This document shows positions 33,334 through 43,358 of a DNA stretch of 64,000 nt, in pieces; within the stretch, counting starts at the first letter, position 1; the number at the start of each line of letters is the position of its first letter. The stretch is taken from NCBI GenBank assembly GCA_965648905.1, contig CBFGIT010000005.1:32001-96000 (forward strand), in the 5' to 3' direction. A program made the translations under genes and the position numbers. The notes under the pieces are model-generated. The model saw only the letters and a program-made list of their open reading frames with translations. It made no database searches and was not told the DNA's origin. The stretch is from a candidate division WOR-3 bacterium (GTDB lineage Bacteria > Hydrothermota > Tepidihabitantia > Tepidihabitantales > Tepidihabitantaceae).

Positions 33334-35441
33334 AGCCTGAGACCGAGTTCAGCAAACCAGTTGCGGCCCGGGTTTGGATAGCCATGGGCGGTCTCGTATC
33401 GGGTATCAAGCAGGTTGCGGATTCCGGCACCGACGTTGAGCCGCACCCGGCCGAATACGGGCGAGGCCTGCGCGGTCAGGTCGGCCGTGGTGTAAGCAGG
33501 CAGCGAGGCGGTGTTAGCCGGGTCGGTCCACCGCGCACCAGTGTAGTTGACCCGGAGCCCGAAGCGTGGGGCAAGACTAGGCAGAGGCAGTTGATATGAG
33601 CAGTCCAGGCCGGCAGTCAGCCGGGGCCGGTAGGGGAGTTCAATGCTGTCTCCCATGCTGTGGGTCAGGGCAGCATCAAGCTCAAACTCGAAGCCGTGGA
33701 CAGCGTAGTCGAGCTCCAGTTCGGCACCCAGTATTTGAGCACTGGCGACATTCACCGGACTGAATCGGAAGGTGCTGTCCGGCTGCCACTGAATCAGGTC
33801 GTGGAGTCGGCTCGCAAAACCGGCAACCCGGCCTGAAAGACCTGAGACCGGCCGGGCCCTTGCTCCCAGCTCGTACGAGATGCCGGTCTCGGGTCGAAGC
33901 CGCGGGTTGCCATAGGCAAAGGCATCAGTCGGCCAGTACAGGTCGTTGAATCCCGGTGCACGGAACGAACGACCCACGGTTGTATAAAGGTCGACCAGGG
34001 GCAGGCGTGTGTACGTGGCGATTACCTTGGGGCTGAGCACACGATGGGTTGAGTAGCGCAGCGTCGAATCGAGCAAGGTTCCTGTGTTCCGCATCCACTC
34101 GTAGCGCAGCAGGTGGACGACATCAAAGCCGAAAGCCTGAACCCGGAACTGGAAGATTCCGGCAACCGTGTTGCGATGCGGCCAGCCGACCGCAGTGCTG
34201 CTGAGGTTTTCAGTACCGGCTTCTCCGGCCAGCAGGAAATCGGTGTGGCGGGTGGCGTGCCATGACCCGTCAACGGAGATGCCGGCTGTGCTGGTCGCAT
34301 GGGTATCATTGGTTGCCCATGCCGGGTCGCGGTAATTCTGCCATGACCGGGAGAAGCGGCCGCGGGCCGACATCCGCACGAGGTCAGTTGCCTGAAGTGA
34401 GTAGCTGCCGATGAACTGAGCCCGCTGGTCGTCGCGCCGGGCACTGTCTGACGGCCAGTCGGTCGTGCCCGGAGTGCCGCGTCCTGTTGCGCTGAACTCG
34501 CCGAGCAGGTCTGCCTGGTGCGGGCCGAATTCGAACCTGGTCTTGGCCAGAATACTCTTCCGGGTCAGGTCGGCGTTCTGCATCGTGCGCAGGCTGTCGA
34601 GCGAGTCCTGCCAGGCGAAGTCATTGCGGCAGGAATAGAGCTGGCCGGCAATCAGGTAGCCGAAAGGAGAGACCCAGTTTGAATGCCGGAACTCGAGTCG
34701 GCGCAGGCCAAACGAGCCGAGCCCGGCAGTGGCTTCGGCACCGAGCCGTTCAGGTGCCGGGGTGATGAGGTTCACGACCCCTCCGACCGCGCTCGAACCG
34801 AAGACGGCCGAGGCTCCGCCGCGTGCGACTTCAAGTCGTTCGACTGCGACCAAGGGCAAGGTGGACAGGTCGAATGTTCCAAGCTGGGCCGAGTTTTGGG
34901 GTACACCATCGAGTGCCACCAGGGTGTGCTCGGTACTGGCGCCGCGCAGACTGATTGACGTGTAGTTGGCATAGTCGCGTCCCAGCGTAGAAGATACATG
35001 CCGAACCGCGTCAGCCGGATCAGTTCGGCCAACAGACAACTGGTCCCGGTCGAGCAAACGGACTGCGCCGGCGCGGTCCAGAGGCAAAGACGTCCGGGCT
35101 GCGGTAACGGTCACCCGTTCAAGGTTCAGGGTCATCGGCTGCAGGTATACTCTGATTGCCGAGCCGACGTGAACCCGTTGCCGGGCTGGATGATAGCCGA
35201 TGCGGGAAGCGTGGAGGGTCACGGTTTCGGAGTCGATATCGAAGTAGAACGAGCCGGCGCTATCAGTCGAGATGGGCTCGTGGCCTTCGATTTGGACCTG
35301 AGCATAGGGGACAGGCATGCGCGTCTGGTCATCAAGCACCACGCCGCTGAGCGTGGCTCCTTGTGCCGGCAGGCAGGTGACGGCCAGAGCCGTCATCAGG
35401 AGCCGATATCGAATCGGCACGGACTTCGGATTTCGGTTCAC
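33330..35441 (-). CDS. btuB: TonB-dependent receptor, probable cobalamin transporter
   Basis: Plug motif ERLEVARGGASAVFGSSAVGGVVNLIT, SFRAPGFNDLYW, GNP.LRPE, NLLD..Y...GRNW; cobalamin riboswitch upstream. Confidence 0.9.
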   Translation of the reverse strand: MNRNPKSVPIRYRLLMTALAVTCLPAQGATLSGVVLDDQTRMPVPYAQVQIEGHEPISTDSAGSFYFDIDSETVTLHASRIGYHPARQRVHVGSAIRVYLQPMTLNLERVTVTAARTSLPLDRAGAVRLLDRDQLSVGRTDPADAVRHVSSTLGRDYANYTSISLRGASTEHTLVALDGVPQNSAQLGTFDLSTLPLVAVERLEVARGGASAVFGSSAVGGVVNLITPAPERLGAEATAGLGSFGLRRLEFRHSNWVSPFGYLIAGQLYSCRNDFAWQDSLDSLRTMQNADLTRKSILAKTRFEFGPHQADLLGEFSATGRGTPGTTDWPSDSARRDDQRAQFIGSYSLQATDLVRMSARGRFSRSWQNYRDPAWATNDTHATSTAGISVDGSWHATRHTDFLLAGEAGTENLSSTAVGWPHRNTVAGIFQFRVQAFGFDVVHLLRYEWMRNTGTLLDSTLRYSTHRVLSPKVIATYTRLPLVDLYTTVGRSFRAPGFNDLYWPTDAFAYGNPRLRPETGISYELGARARPVSGLSGRVAGFASRLHDLIQWQPDSTFRFSPVNVASAQILGAELELDYAVHGFEFELDAALTHSMGDSIELPYRPRLTAGLDCSYQLPLPSLAPRFGLRVNYTGARWTDPANTASLPAYTTADLTAQASPVFGRVRLNVGAGIRNLLDTRYETAHGYPNPGRNWFAELGLRL

Positions 35442-35487
35442 AGTCGTTCTCCTCTCTTCACAGGTTGAACTGCTGCTTCAGGACTAT

Positions 35488-35640
35488 GGACAGGTCTCCT
35501 GGCTTGCGGCGTCGCTGCTGCCTTCCCGGCTCAAGGCCAGTGGCTTGTTGCAGGACTCCAAGTACCGCTTACAGTGGGTGAGACCGCAGCCGATTCTCAC
35601 GGCTTTCCCTGTGCCGCACAGGCGGCAACCGTTTGTGCCC
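35488..35640 (-). ncRNA. Cobalamin riboswitch
   Basis: Minus strand: AGGGAAAGCCGTGAGAATCGGC...CCACTGTAA...GCCACTGG...CCGGGAAGGC...AGCCAGGAGACCTG (B12 box); promoter TTGACC-16-TATACT at 35714-35687. Confidence 0.93.
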
Positions 35641-36178
35641 AAGGCACCCGGTCTTCCACAGTCCGCTCGCTTTCACTCGCGAACCGAGTATAACGTTAGG
35701 ACGAATCGGGTCAAGCACGAAATCAGAAGGAACGTCGAACCATGCCGGAATCCCTTGACTTACGGGCGCAGGGGGGTAATATTCATAGGTCTGGAATGGC
35801 CGATTAGTCGGACCCAGCTCCAGCGCCATGGGCACCGGGGAAGACTAATGGGTCAGTCTAAGAAGCTACTTCAGTATGGCAGAGCAGACCATGATTACTC
35901 AGTTGGCTGATAGCTCCGGGCTATCGGCCGGGCCTGCTTTGTCTCCCTGCAGCAGGTTTGGGTCATGCGCATCGGGTATCACAAGGAATTCTGGCAGGGG
36001 GAGCTTGACCGAAGCACTCCCGATTTCCGAATCAGTAGGAAGGCGACCGAGGCGTCTAAGGAGGTGCGAGACAGAACGAACGCGGACCGAAGCAACCTTG
36101 AAAACACGTCTAAGCTACAACCCCATATGTGAGAGCCTAATAGCCATCCCGCGGGGTGGATTAAGGAAAGGAGCTTCC

Positions 36179-36901
36179 ATGAAGAGGCTTGTGACTCTAG
36201 CTCTCTTGTTTGCGATTGCAGGGATTGCGCTGGCTGAAGAGCCGAACGCGTGCCACTGGGTCGAAAAGCAGACCTGGTGGTACAAGGACGGTGGCTGGGT
36301 GTCGCAGGGCAGCGGCAGCCCGGGTGCCCGTGCGCGTTGCTGGATGTTTGTAGGTGACTACAAGGACTCCTGCAACAAGCGCGACTGGCAGATTCCGTTC
36401 AAGGCCGAGGCCAGTGTTGCGCAGTGGATCGTCATCGAAATGAACGGTGACGGCTTCCACTGGGGTGTCAGGAAGCCCGGTGACTACGCTAGTGACTGCG
36501 TGTGGCTGAAGTTCCGCAGCAACTACGATGTCCGGGTCAGTTTTTCCGGGTTTGATAATCTGATTTCCAAGACCCCGGATGACTGTATCGACGATACCAT
36601 CGAGGTATGGTACGCCTTCAGCGACGATGCCAACAACCCGCCGCCGTTCGGCGACCCGGCCTGGAAGACGCCGGAAGAGCTGAACCAGTGGGCCATCGAC
36701 GTGAGGGACAGCTACGACCTGCACTGGACCGGCTGGCTGAAGCACATCTGGTGCCGGATTCACGTCAGCCCGTGCAATACCTCGTGTGAGTACGTCGATC
36801 CGAACTGGGCGACAATTAACCTGACGCTCCAGCGCATAAAACCCTGGATCGACCCGGCAACCGGGAACTTCCGCAGCATGCCTCAGTTCCCTTACCAGTA
36901 A
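36179..36901 (+). CDS. Secreted Trp/Cys-rich beta protein, candidate major fibre/surface subunit (240 aa)
   Basis: Strong AAGGAG RBS; Sec signal MKRLVTLALLFAIAGIALA; 17 Trp and 8 Cys counted; first gene of the secretin operon. Confidence 0.85.
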   Translation: MKRLVTLALLFAIAGIALAEEPNACHWVEKQTWWYKDGGWVSQGSGSPGARARCWMFVGDYKDSCNKRDWQIPFKAEASVAQWIVIEMNGDGFHWGVRKPGDYASDCVWLKFRSNYDVRVSFSGFDNLISKTPDDCIDDTIEVWYAFSDDANNPPPFGDPAWKTPEELNQWAIDVRDSYDLHWTGWLKHIWCRIHVSPCNTSCEYVDPNWATINLTLQRIKPWIDPATGNFRSMPQFPYQ

Positions 36902-36910
36902 GGGAACAGG

Positions 36911-38509
36911 ATGAGCATAGCTCCCCCTGCCAGACGGCTATGCTTGTTCATCGGGGCAATCTGGACGTGCGCGCTCGGGTCGCTTTCCGTGACTCCGCAG
37001 CTCACTGAGCTGTCCCTGCCTCAAGGCGCGCGTAAGCGACTCAAGTTCACGGTCGTTAACGAAGACCCGCAGAGTACCCGTACGATTCGCTACTACCCGG
37101 TGTCGTTCTGCCAGAACGAGGAGGGCGCGTACGCTCTTGCACCAGAATCAGTGTCGCCTTATTCCTGCCACGAATGGTTCAGACTCGACACGGTCGAGCT
37201 GATGCTCGGGCCTGGCGAGGGGAAAGAGGTGTTTGTCGAGCTGGTGGTTCCCAGCGGTGCACGCGGAACTCGATTCGGTGCGGTGGCATTCGAGATGCTG
37301 CCTGTTCCCGTGCCCGGTGCGTGGGCATCGGCCGGCCTGGTGATAAGAATGCCCGCGTTCGTCGAGGTCACTATCACCGGCACCCGGGGCAGGAAGAGCA
37401 TCGAAGTGACCGACATCAAAGTTGAACCGGCCCGGGCCGTCCAACGGCAACTGCCGGTCGAAGTGAAGGAAGACGCGCTGGCCGTGGTCGTCTCTGTGCG
37501 TAACACGGGTGAGGTTTCGCTCCCGGTACGGGGCAGGCTGCTGTTTCGAGATGAATATCGGCGTCGGTACCGGGAGCTGCCGCTCGGCGCAGGTGGAGCC
37601 CTGCTGCCCGGGGCGAAGACAAGGCTGATTTCGGTCACGCCCAAGGTCAGACCGGGTAGCTACGTGGTTGAGGCCAACTTGAACATGGGAGGTGTCAGTC
37701 CGGCCAAGGCGAGTGTCCCGGTCGAAATAACGAGCACGACCAGCCGCACGGCCGGAGCCTTGAGCTCGGCCCCGGTTCTGGACTTGGCCGTCAGCACCGA
37801 GAAGATCGAACTGACTGCGCCGGCGCGGTCAACGCGCACGAACTATGTTGTCTTCCGTAATGAGAGCAACAAGGAACAGGTGCTCACGGCCGAGGTGACC
37901 TATCTGGCTTCGGATGGCAGCGGCCGTGTGATTGAGAGCGACAATCCGGGACGTCACGCTGACTGCCGGGACTGGATTACGTTCGAGAAGAACATGGTTC
38001 GCATTGCGCCCCACTCGAGCGAGGCGGTCCGGCTCACAATCAAAGTGCCGGATACGACTCCAGGCGGCAGGTACGCCTGTCTGTATTTCGAAGACTCTGC
38101 TGCCGTTCCCCAAGACAAGAAAGGTCCGCGTGCCTCGGTGTCAATACCGGTGTTCCTGACCGTGACCGGCAACTATCCACGCCGGGTCGAGATTGCTCGG
38201 GTGAACACGAGCAAGACACCGCTCGGCGTCCAGGTGAGCTTGGCAAATACCGGGGCGGTTCACGTCCGCCCTAAGGGCCGGGTTCTTGTCCGGCAGGCGA
38301 TAGTCCCGGGTGCGAGCTCGGACGACAGCTACAAGAGCCTTGGTTCGTTCACGCTCGACGACGACGTGCTGGTGCTACCGGGCGATACTGTCGTACTGGC
38401 CGGGACATATCAGGGCGACGTGCGCAAGGGTCACTACCGGCTGGACGTGAATATCGAGTGCGGGGCGGGATTGAGTCTGTTCAAGTCAGAGGAGGTGATC
38501 GTCAGATGA
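36911..38509 (+). CDS. Periplasmic protein with two tandem PapD/EcpB-like (DUF916/WxL-interacting-like) Ig modules
   Basis: Internal duplication: SCHEWF..L.PGE.KEV...VP / DCRDWI..I.PHS.EAV...VP; V.VRNTG / V.LANTG; LLPG / VLPG; GSY / GHY. Confidence 0.7.
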   Translation: MSIAPPARRLCLFIGAIWTCALGSLSVTPQLTELSLPQGARKRLKFTVVNEDPQSTRTIRYYPVSFCQNEEGAYALAPESVSPYSCHEWFRLDTVELMLGPGEGKEVFVELVVPSGARGTRFGAVAFEMLPVPVPGAWASAGLVIRMPAFVEVTITGTRGRKSIEVTDIKVEPARAVQRQLPVEVKEDALAVVVSVRNTGEVSLPVRGRLLFRDEYRRRYRELPLGAGGALLPGAKTRLISVTPKVRPGSYVVEANLNMGGVSPAKASVPVEITSTTSRTAGALSSAPVLDLAVSTEKIELTAPARSTRTNYVVFRNESNKEQVLTAEVTYLASDGSGRVIESDNPGRHADCRDWITFEKNMVRIAPHSSEAVRLTIKVPDTTPGGRYACLYFEDSAAVPQDKKGPRASVSIPVFLTVTGNYPRRVEIARVNTSKTPLGVQVSLANTGAVHVRPKGRVLVRQAIVPGASSDDSYKSLGSFTLDDDVLVLPGDTVVLAGTYQGDVRKGHYRLDVNIECGAGLSLFKSEEVIVR

Positions 38510-39738
38510 GCCGGACAAGGATTCTGCTGGTGGTACTTTCTGTCTTGTGCGTCGGGGTTCAAGGCCAGCAAGCCGACTCTGAAGCGAAGGTCCGGGCGGC
38601 TGAGGAGCAGCCCTCGGTTACCAACGTCTTCTTTGAGACCGACCTGGTTCAGGCACTGCACGACATCTCGAGCCAGACCCGGATACCGATTGTCACTGAC
38701 GGCAGCGTTGCCGGCATGGTTTCGGTCGAGCTGGTCAATCTGCCGCTTGAGGAGGCGCTGGCCCGGCTGCTTTACCCGCTGGGGTATGCGTTCCGACGCA
38801 TCGAGGACTACTATCTGGTCGGCAACGTCAATCCGGAAAGTCCGTCGTTCTACCTGCTGGCAATTACCGAGGTGCTGCGGCCGAGCTATCTCCGGGCCGA
38901 GGACGCCTACAAACTGCTGCCCGACCAGTACCGGCAGTACCTGAAGGTCAGCCCGGAGACCAACACCCTGGTGGCGGCCGCACCCCGTGGTCTTGTCGAC
39001 AAAATCAAGCAGGACCTTGCCCGGATTGACAAGCCCAAACGGAAGGTGCTGATTGAGGCACTGGTGACGGAGATTTCGACTGAAGCGGCCCGCAGTCTGG
39101 GGATTGACTGGAGCGGGGTGCTGTTCCGGGGTGGCGATACGATTTTGCGGAGCAACGCCGACCTCTCCGGCATTGCCGATACCAGTCTCGGCCTGGTGCT
39201 GAAGCGCGTCACCGGCCGGCTCGGTGACTGGGGCTACGGACTGACGCCCTCAATTCAGGCGCTGGTTCGGGACGGCAAGGCCAAGATCAAGGCCAGCCCG
39301 AAGCTCGTTACCCTTGACGGCCAGGCTGCGGAAATCGTCGTCGGCAAGGAACAGTACTACCAACTGGCGACCGGTGGCGAGCCGTACTACTACCTGCGGC
39401 TGGAGAAGATTGAGGTTGGCGTTTCGATGACTATCACGCCCTACGTTGCCGACAACGGCGACATCACCGTAATGGCCGAGCCGGTGGTGAGCGACGTGGT
39501 CGGTTCAAGCCTGGGGCAGCTTCCGATTGTCAGCAAGCGCAAGGCAAAGACCAGGATTGTGGTCCGGGACGGCGAGAACGTGGTCATCGGCGGGCTGACC
39601 ATGCGCAGCGAGCAGACAATTCAGTCGCGCATCCCGCTGCTCGGCAGCATCCCGATTATCGGGTTCCTGTTCAGCCACACGCGCAAGGTGGTCGAGGACA
39701 ACGAGGTGGTGATTATCATCACCCCGCGTCTGCTCTAG
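38506..39738 (+). CDS. Secretin (STN/N0, N3 and secretin domains)
   Basis: VLIEALVTEI, LGIDW, ASPKLVTLDGQAAEIVVG, VRDGENVVIGGL, IPLLGSIPIIGFLF, VIIITPRLL; GGAGG RBS. Confidence 0.95.
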   Translation: MSRTRILLVVLSVLCVGVQGQQADSEAKVRAAEEQPSVTNVFFETDLVQALHDISSQTRIPIVTDGSVAGMVSVELVNLPLEEALARLLYPLGYAFRRIEDYYLVGNVNPESPSFYLLAITEVLRPSYLRAEDAYKLLPDQYRQYLKVSPETNTLVAAAPRGLVDKIKQDLARIDKPKRKVLIEALVTEISTEAARSLGIDWSGVLFRGGDTILRSNADLSGIADTSLGLVLKRVTGRLGDWGYGLTPSIQALVRDGKAKIKASPKLVTLDGQAAEIVVGKEQYYQLATGGEPYYYLRLEKIEVGVSMTITPYVADNGDITVMAEPVVSDVVGSSLGQLPIVSKRKAKTRIVVRDGENVVIGGLTMRSEQTIQSRIPLLGSIPIIGFLFSHTRKVVEDNEVVIIITPRLL

Positions 39739-39778
39739 ACCGGATTACAGCATGGACACTGGCGGTGAGTCTGGGACA

Positions 39779-40408
39779 ATGACCTCTCGGTTCGCGTTTC
39801 TCATATTGGTCGTGGGTCTGCTGGCCTCCGAGGCATGCGCCCAGTCCAACACGCTCGTTGACCGACTCGGGGTTCAGACGATGACCTATTTCAAGCTCGG
39901 TACGTTCTGCCCGTGCGGCACGGCATTGAAAGAGGAGTTCGGGACCCGGGTGCCAATCGGCCTCGAGGCCCGGGCCGGCACGAAGTACGGCTTTGGTGCT
40001 GGTCTCTCGGTCGGGGTCTGGTGGGCTACCGCGGGCAAAGACATATCGACCTTCGTGCCGGTTGCGCTGGCCGGACACTACTCCCGGCCTCTGTTGGACG
40101 GCGCGGTCGTACCGTTTGGCGGGCTGTTCCTCGCCTACAACTCGGCTCAGCTCTACTTTGCGGCAGGCGATACGTTTGTTCGCGCCCGAGGCGCGGGTAT
40201 GACCGGCGGGCTGTTGCTCGGGGTTGAGGCGCCGTTCGTGGACAAGTTCAACCTGCTGGCTGACTGCCGGTTCGGGTTTGGCCGAGGCGCAATGGAGTTC
40301 GATAGACCGGTCGGCGAGATTCCGGCCGGAACAAGCAATGTCACGTTCTCCAACACCAGCCTGAACCTGGGCATCAGCCTTGGTTTCTCAGACATCTGTC
40401 TGTGGTAG
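39779..40408 (+). CDS. Small outer-membrane beta-barrel protein
   Basis: Signal peptide; alternating amphipathic strands ([28 protein letters not shown]); aromatic C-terminal residue. Confidence 0.7.
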   Translation: MTSRFAFLILVVGLLASEACAQSNTLVDRLGVQTMTYFKLGTFCPCGTALKEEFGTRVPIGLEARAGTKYGFGAGLSVGVWWATAGKDISTFVPVALAGHYSRPLLDGAVVPFGGLFLAYNSAQLYFAAGDTFVRARGAGMTGGLLLGVEAPFVDKFNLLADCRFGFGRGAMEFDRPVGEIPAGTSNVTFSNTSLNLGISLGFSDICLW

Positions 40409-40422
40409 GTGACGGCTGCGCT

Positions 40423-40986
40423 GTGTCCGGCCAGAGTCAGAGCTTGACCTGGCACTCGACGACGATCATCGGGGTGCGACGTTCAGGCCGGGTTGCGATG
40501 GCGTCAGACGGACAGGTGACGCTGGGTGAGACCGTGGTCAAGCAGTCGGCCCGCAAAATCCGCAGTCTGCGCGATGGTAGGGTTCTGGCTGGTTTTGCGG
40601 GCGCCAGTGCTGATGCTTTCACTCTGCTGGAGCGGTTTGAAGCCAAGCTCGACGAGCACCCGGGTAACATTGCCCGAGCTGTGGTCGAGCTGGCCAAAGA
40701 CTGGCGTACGGACCGGGTGCTCAGGCGTCTGGAAGCGATGCTCGGAATCATGGACCGCGAGAAGTCGTACGTTGTCTCCGGTTCGGGCGACGTTATCGAG
40801 CCGGATGACGGCATCGTCGCCATCGGCTCGGGCGGTGCCTATGCGCTGGTCGCTGCGCGCTGTCTGCTCGAACACACCAGTCTACCGGCAGACAAGGTAG
40901 CCCGCGCCGCGATTGAGGCTGCGGCTGCGGTCTGCGTCTATACCAACCGCGAAATCACGGTTCAGACAATTCCGGCGCGCGGCTGA
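40423..40986 (+). CDS. hslV: ATP-dependent protease peptidase subunit HslV/ClpQ
   Basis: [50 protein letters not shown]. Confidence 0.96.
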   Translation: MSGQSQSLTWHSTTIIGVRRSGRVAMASDGQVTLGETVVKQSARKIRSLRDGRVLAGFAGASADAFTLLERFEAKLDEHPGNIARAVVELAKDWRTDRVLRRLEAMLGIMDREKSYVVSGSGDVIEPDDGIVAIGSGGAYALVAARCLLEHTSLPADKVARAAIEAAAAVCVYTNREITVQTIPARG

Positions 40987-41866
40987 CCGCCGGGTCCCCG
41001 CCGTTTTCAGATTCGACCTTGGCAAGGTATGTTGTTGCGGCCAGACGGGCGAGGCGGCGCACCCGTGCAATGTAGTTGCGTCGTTCTGAAACACTGATTG
41101 CGCCCCGCGCCTCGAGCAGATTGAAGTAGTGCGAGCACTTGATGACGTGGTCATACCCGGGGTATACCAAGCCGAGCTTGAGCAGTCGGCCGGCTTCGGC
41201 CTCAGCCCGCTCGAAGAGAAGCCGGTGCAGGCTGACGTCGGCTTCCTCGAAGTTGAAGCGTGAGAACTCCTCTTCGTTCTGGCGGTATACGTCTCCCCAG
41301 GTGAGCTTCTTGTTCCATTCGACGTCGAAAATCGAGTCCTTGTTCTGGATGAACATTGCTATACGTTCGAGCCCGTAGGTCAGCTCGACCGGTACTACCG
41401 CGAGGTCGATACTGCCGCACTGCTGGAAGTAGGTGAACTGGGTTATCTCGATGCCGTTCAGTTCGACCTGCCAGCCCAGGCCCCAGGCGCCGAGCGTCGG
41501 CGACTCCCAGTCATCTTCAGTGAACCGGACATCATTCGCCTTCCGGTCGATGCCGATTGCGTCTAGGCTATCAAGGTACTGGTCCTGAACATCATCCGGC
41601 GCCGGTTTCAGGATTACTTGAAGCTGCCAGAACTGCTGGACCCGGAGCGGGTTGCGGGCATAGCGGCCGTCGCGCGGGCGCTTTGAGGGCTCGCAGTAGA
41701 CCACGTTCCACGGCCTTGAGTCGAGCACTCTGATGAAAGTCGCCGGATTGAACGTGCCGGCCCCCACTTCCGAATTGTAGGGTGACAAGACCGCACATCC
41801 CCGCTCGGCCCAGTACGACTCGAGGCGCAGGATGATGTCCTGGAAGTAGTAGACCGGCTTGGCCAC
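40955..41866 (-). CDS. glyQ: Glycine-tRNA ligase alpha subunit
   Basis: [67 protein letters not shown]. Confidence 0.97.
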   Translation of the reverse strand: MAKPVYYFQDIILRLESYWAERGCAVLSPYNSEVGAGTFNPATFIRVLDSRPWNVVYCEPSKRPRDGRYARNPLRVQQFWQLQVILKPAPDDVQDQYLDSLDAIGIDRKANDVRFTEDDWESPTLGAWGLGWQVELNGIEITQFTYFQQCGSIDLAVVPVELTYGLERIAMFIQNKDSIFDVEWNKKLTWGDVYRQNEEEFSRFNFEEADVSLHRLLFERAEAEAGRLLKLGLVYPGYDHVIKCSHYFNLLEARGAISVSERRNYIARVRRLARLAATTYLAKVESENGGDPAVSRAPELSEP

Positions 41867-42411
41867 TACAGCCCCAGGTCCTGGGCGATTCCCTGCATTG
41901 CGGTCAGACACACGCCGATGAACTCCTCAAGGCTGAGACCGAGACTGGTGCAGGTCTGAATCTGCTCGCGATTGGCACCGGCAGCGAATTTCCGCTCCTT
42001 GAACCGACGCATGATGAACTCGGTATCAAGGCTCGCCAGCTTCCGGGTCGGGTGCATCAGGGCAGCAGCAACAATCAGTCCGGTGACCGGGTCAGCAGCG
42101 AGCAGTGCCCGGTCGAGCAGGCTCTCGGCCGGCACCGCATGGACGTGCGCCAGTACGGCATGGACAATCTCATCATCCAGGCCCTGCCGGCGCAGAATCT
42201 CGGCTCCGGCTCGACCGTGCTGAGTCGTGTCGTCTTTGGTCTGGTCGTAGTCGAGGTCGTGCAGCAGGCCGGCCAGACCCCACTGTTCATCGTTCGCGCC
42301 CAGGCGGCGGGCCAATCCCCTAAGGCACGCCTCAGTGGCGAGCATGTGCTTGAGCAGGTTCTGGTTGGTGACCATGGAGCGAACCAGGTCCCAGGCTTCG
42401 GTGCGGTTCAA
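41866..42411 (-). CDS. HDIG/HD-domain phosphohydrolase
   Basis: [39 protein letters not shown] start after GGAG. Confidence 0.9.
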   Translation of the reverse strand: MNRTEAWDLVRSMVTNQNLLKHMLATEACLRGLARRLGANDEQWGLAGLLHDLDYDQTKDDTTQHGRAGAEILRRQGLDDEIVHAVLAHVHAVPAESLLDRALLAADPVTGLIVAAALMHPTRKLASLDTEFIMRRFKERKFAAGANREQIQTCTSLGLSLEEFIGVCLTAMQGIAQDLGL

Positions 42412-42436
42412 ACCAGTACTCCAATCATAGTGTGGG

Positions 42437-42512
42437 ATTATAGGAGCGCTGGTCCGGCTGTCAACGCTGCGCATGGTCGGTTCCTTGACAGCGGGCACGC
42501 GGCAGGGATAAT
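42437..42512. promoter_or_regulatory. Divergent sigma70 promoter pair
   Basis: Minus strand TTGACA-16-TATAAT (42464-42437); plus strand TTGACA-16-GATAAT (42485-42512). Confidence 0.7.
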
Positions 42513-42543
42513 CAGCCACCAAACCAGACGAAAGGGACCAACG

Positions 42544-42918
42544 TTGAATCATGTCGCGCTGTTCGCACTGTTTGCGTTCGTGATGGTCGGCTGCGGCGGA
42601 GCCCCGCAGCAGCCCAAGGCACAGGCTCCGGTCCAAGACACGTCCGCACCGGTCGTGACCGAGGTATCGTTCAGTCGGGATATTCAGCCGATCTTCTCGG
42701 CCAGTTGCATGCCGTGCCATGCTGCCGGCGGCAGGGCCGCCAAGTACGACCTGACATCCTACGACCGAGTCATGGCCGTGGTCGTTGCCGGTAAGCCTGA
42801 CTCAAGCGAGCTCTACACGATTCTGGACCAGGGTAAGATGCCGCCTTCGGGCAAGCTCGACTCGGCCCGGCTTGCGACAATCAAGCAGTGGATTACGGAA
42901 GGCGCCAGAAACAACTGA
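42544..42918 (+). CDS. Monoheme c-type cytochrome lipoprotein (Planctomycete cytochrome C-like)
   Basis: Lipobox VGC; VSFSRDIQPIF..SCMPCH; MPP; IKQWITEGARNN. Confidence 0.85.
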   Translation: MNHVALFALFAFVMVGCGGAPQQPKAQAPVQDTSAPVVTEVSFSRDIQPIFSASCMPCHAAGGRAAKYDLTSYDRVMAVVVAGKPDSSELYTILDQGKMPPSGKLDSARLATIKQWITEGARNN

Positions 42919-42992
42919 CGCCTCCCCAGCTTGACAGCGGCGCGGTCACGCACTTAGAATCAATGGTGCCTGACCACTGAAAGGAGACGTGC

Positions 42993-43358
42993 GTGAGACT
43001 CATCCTGGTCTTTGTTGCCGTGCTGGCCATTGCCTGTCAGAAGTCTGAGCAGGTCAAGACCGACCCGTCGTTCAGGGACGACGTCCAGCCGATCTTTGAT
43101 GCCAGTTGTGCTACTTCGGGCTGCCACTCAGGCGCGACCCCGAGCGGCAGCTATGACCTCACCAGTCATGCAGGCACGCTGGGTACGGGAACCGACACGA
43201 TCCCGAACGTAATTGCCGGCAGTGCTGATTCGAGCAAGTGCTACCGCCGCATCACCGGTGATGAAACACCCCAGATGCCGCAGGGTGCCACACCGCTTGA
43301 TAACATGAAGTCCGCGACCATCCGGAACTGGATCAACCAGGGCGCGAAGAACAACTAG
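42993..43358 (+). CDS. Second cytochrome c-like lipoprotein (CX4CH)
   Basis: Lipobox IAC; SFRDDVQPIF..SCATSGCH; QMP; IRNWINQGAKNN. Confidence 0.85.
   Translation: MRLILVFVAVLAIACQKSEQVKTDPSFRDDVQPIFDASCATSGCHSGATPSGSYDLTSHAGTLGTGTDTIPNVIAGSADSSKCYRRITGDETPQMPQGATPLDNMKSATIRNWINQGAKNN

Noticed and set aside
35876..36178. 101-codon N-terminal extension of the 341-aa ORF
   Set aside because: The strong RBS and signal peptide start at ATG 36179; the upstream part is leader or promoter DNA.
36035..36178. c-di-GMP riboswitch upstream of the secretin operon
   Set aside because: The GEMM class I/II conserved elements could not be found; only a short hairpin (CCATCCCGCGGGGTGG) is visible.
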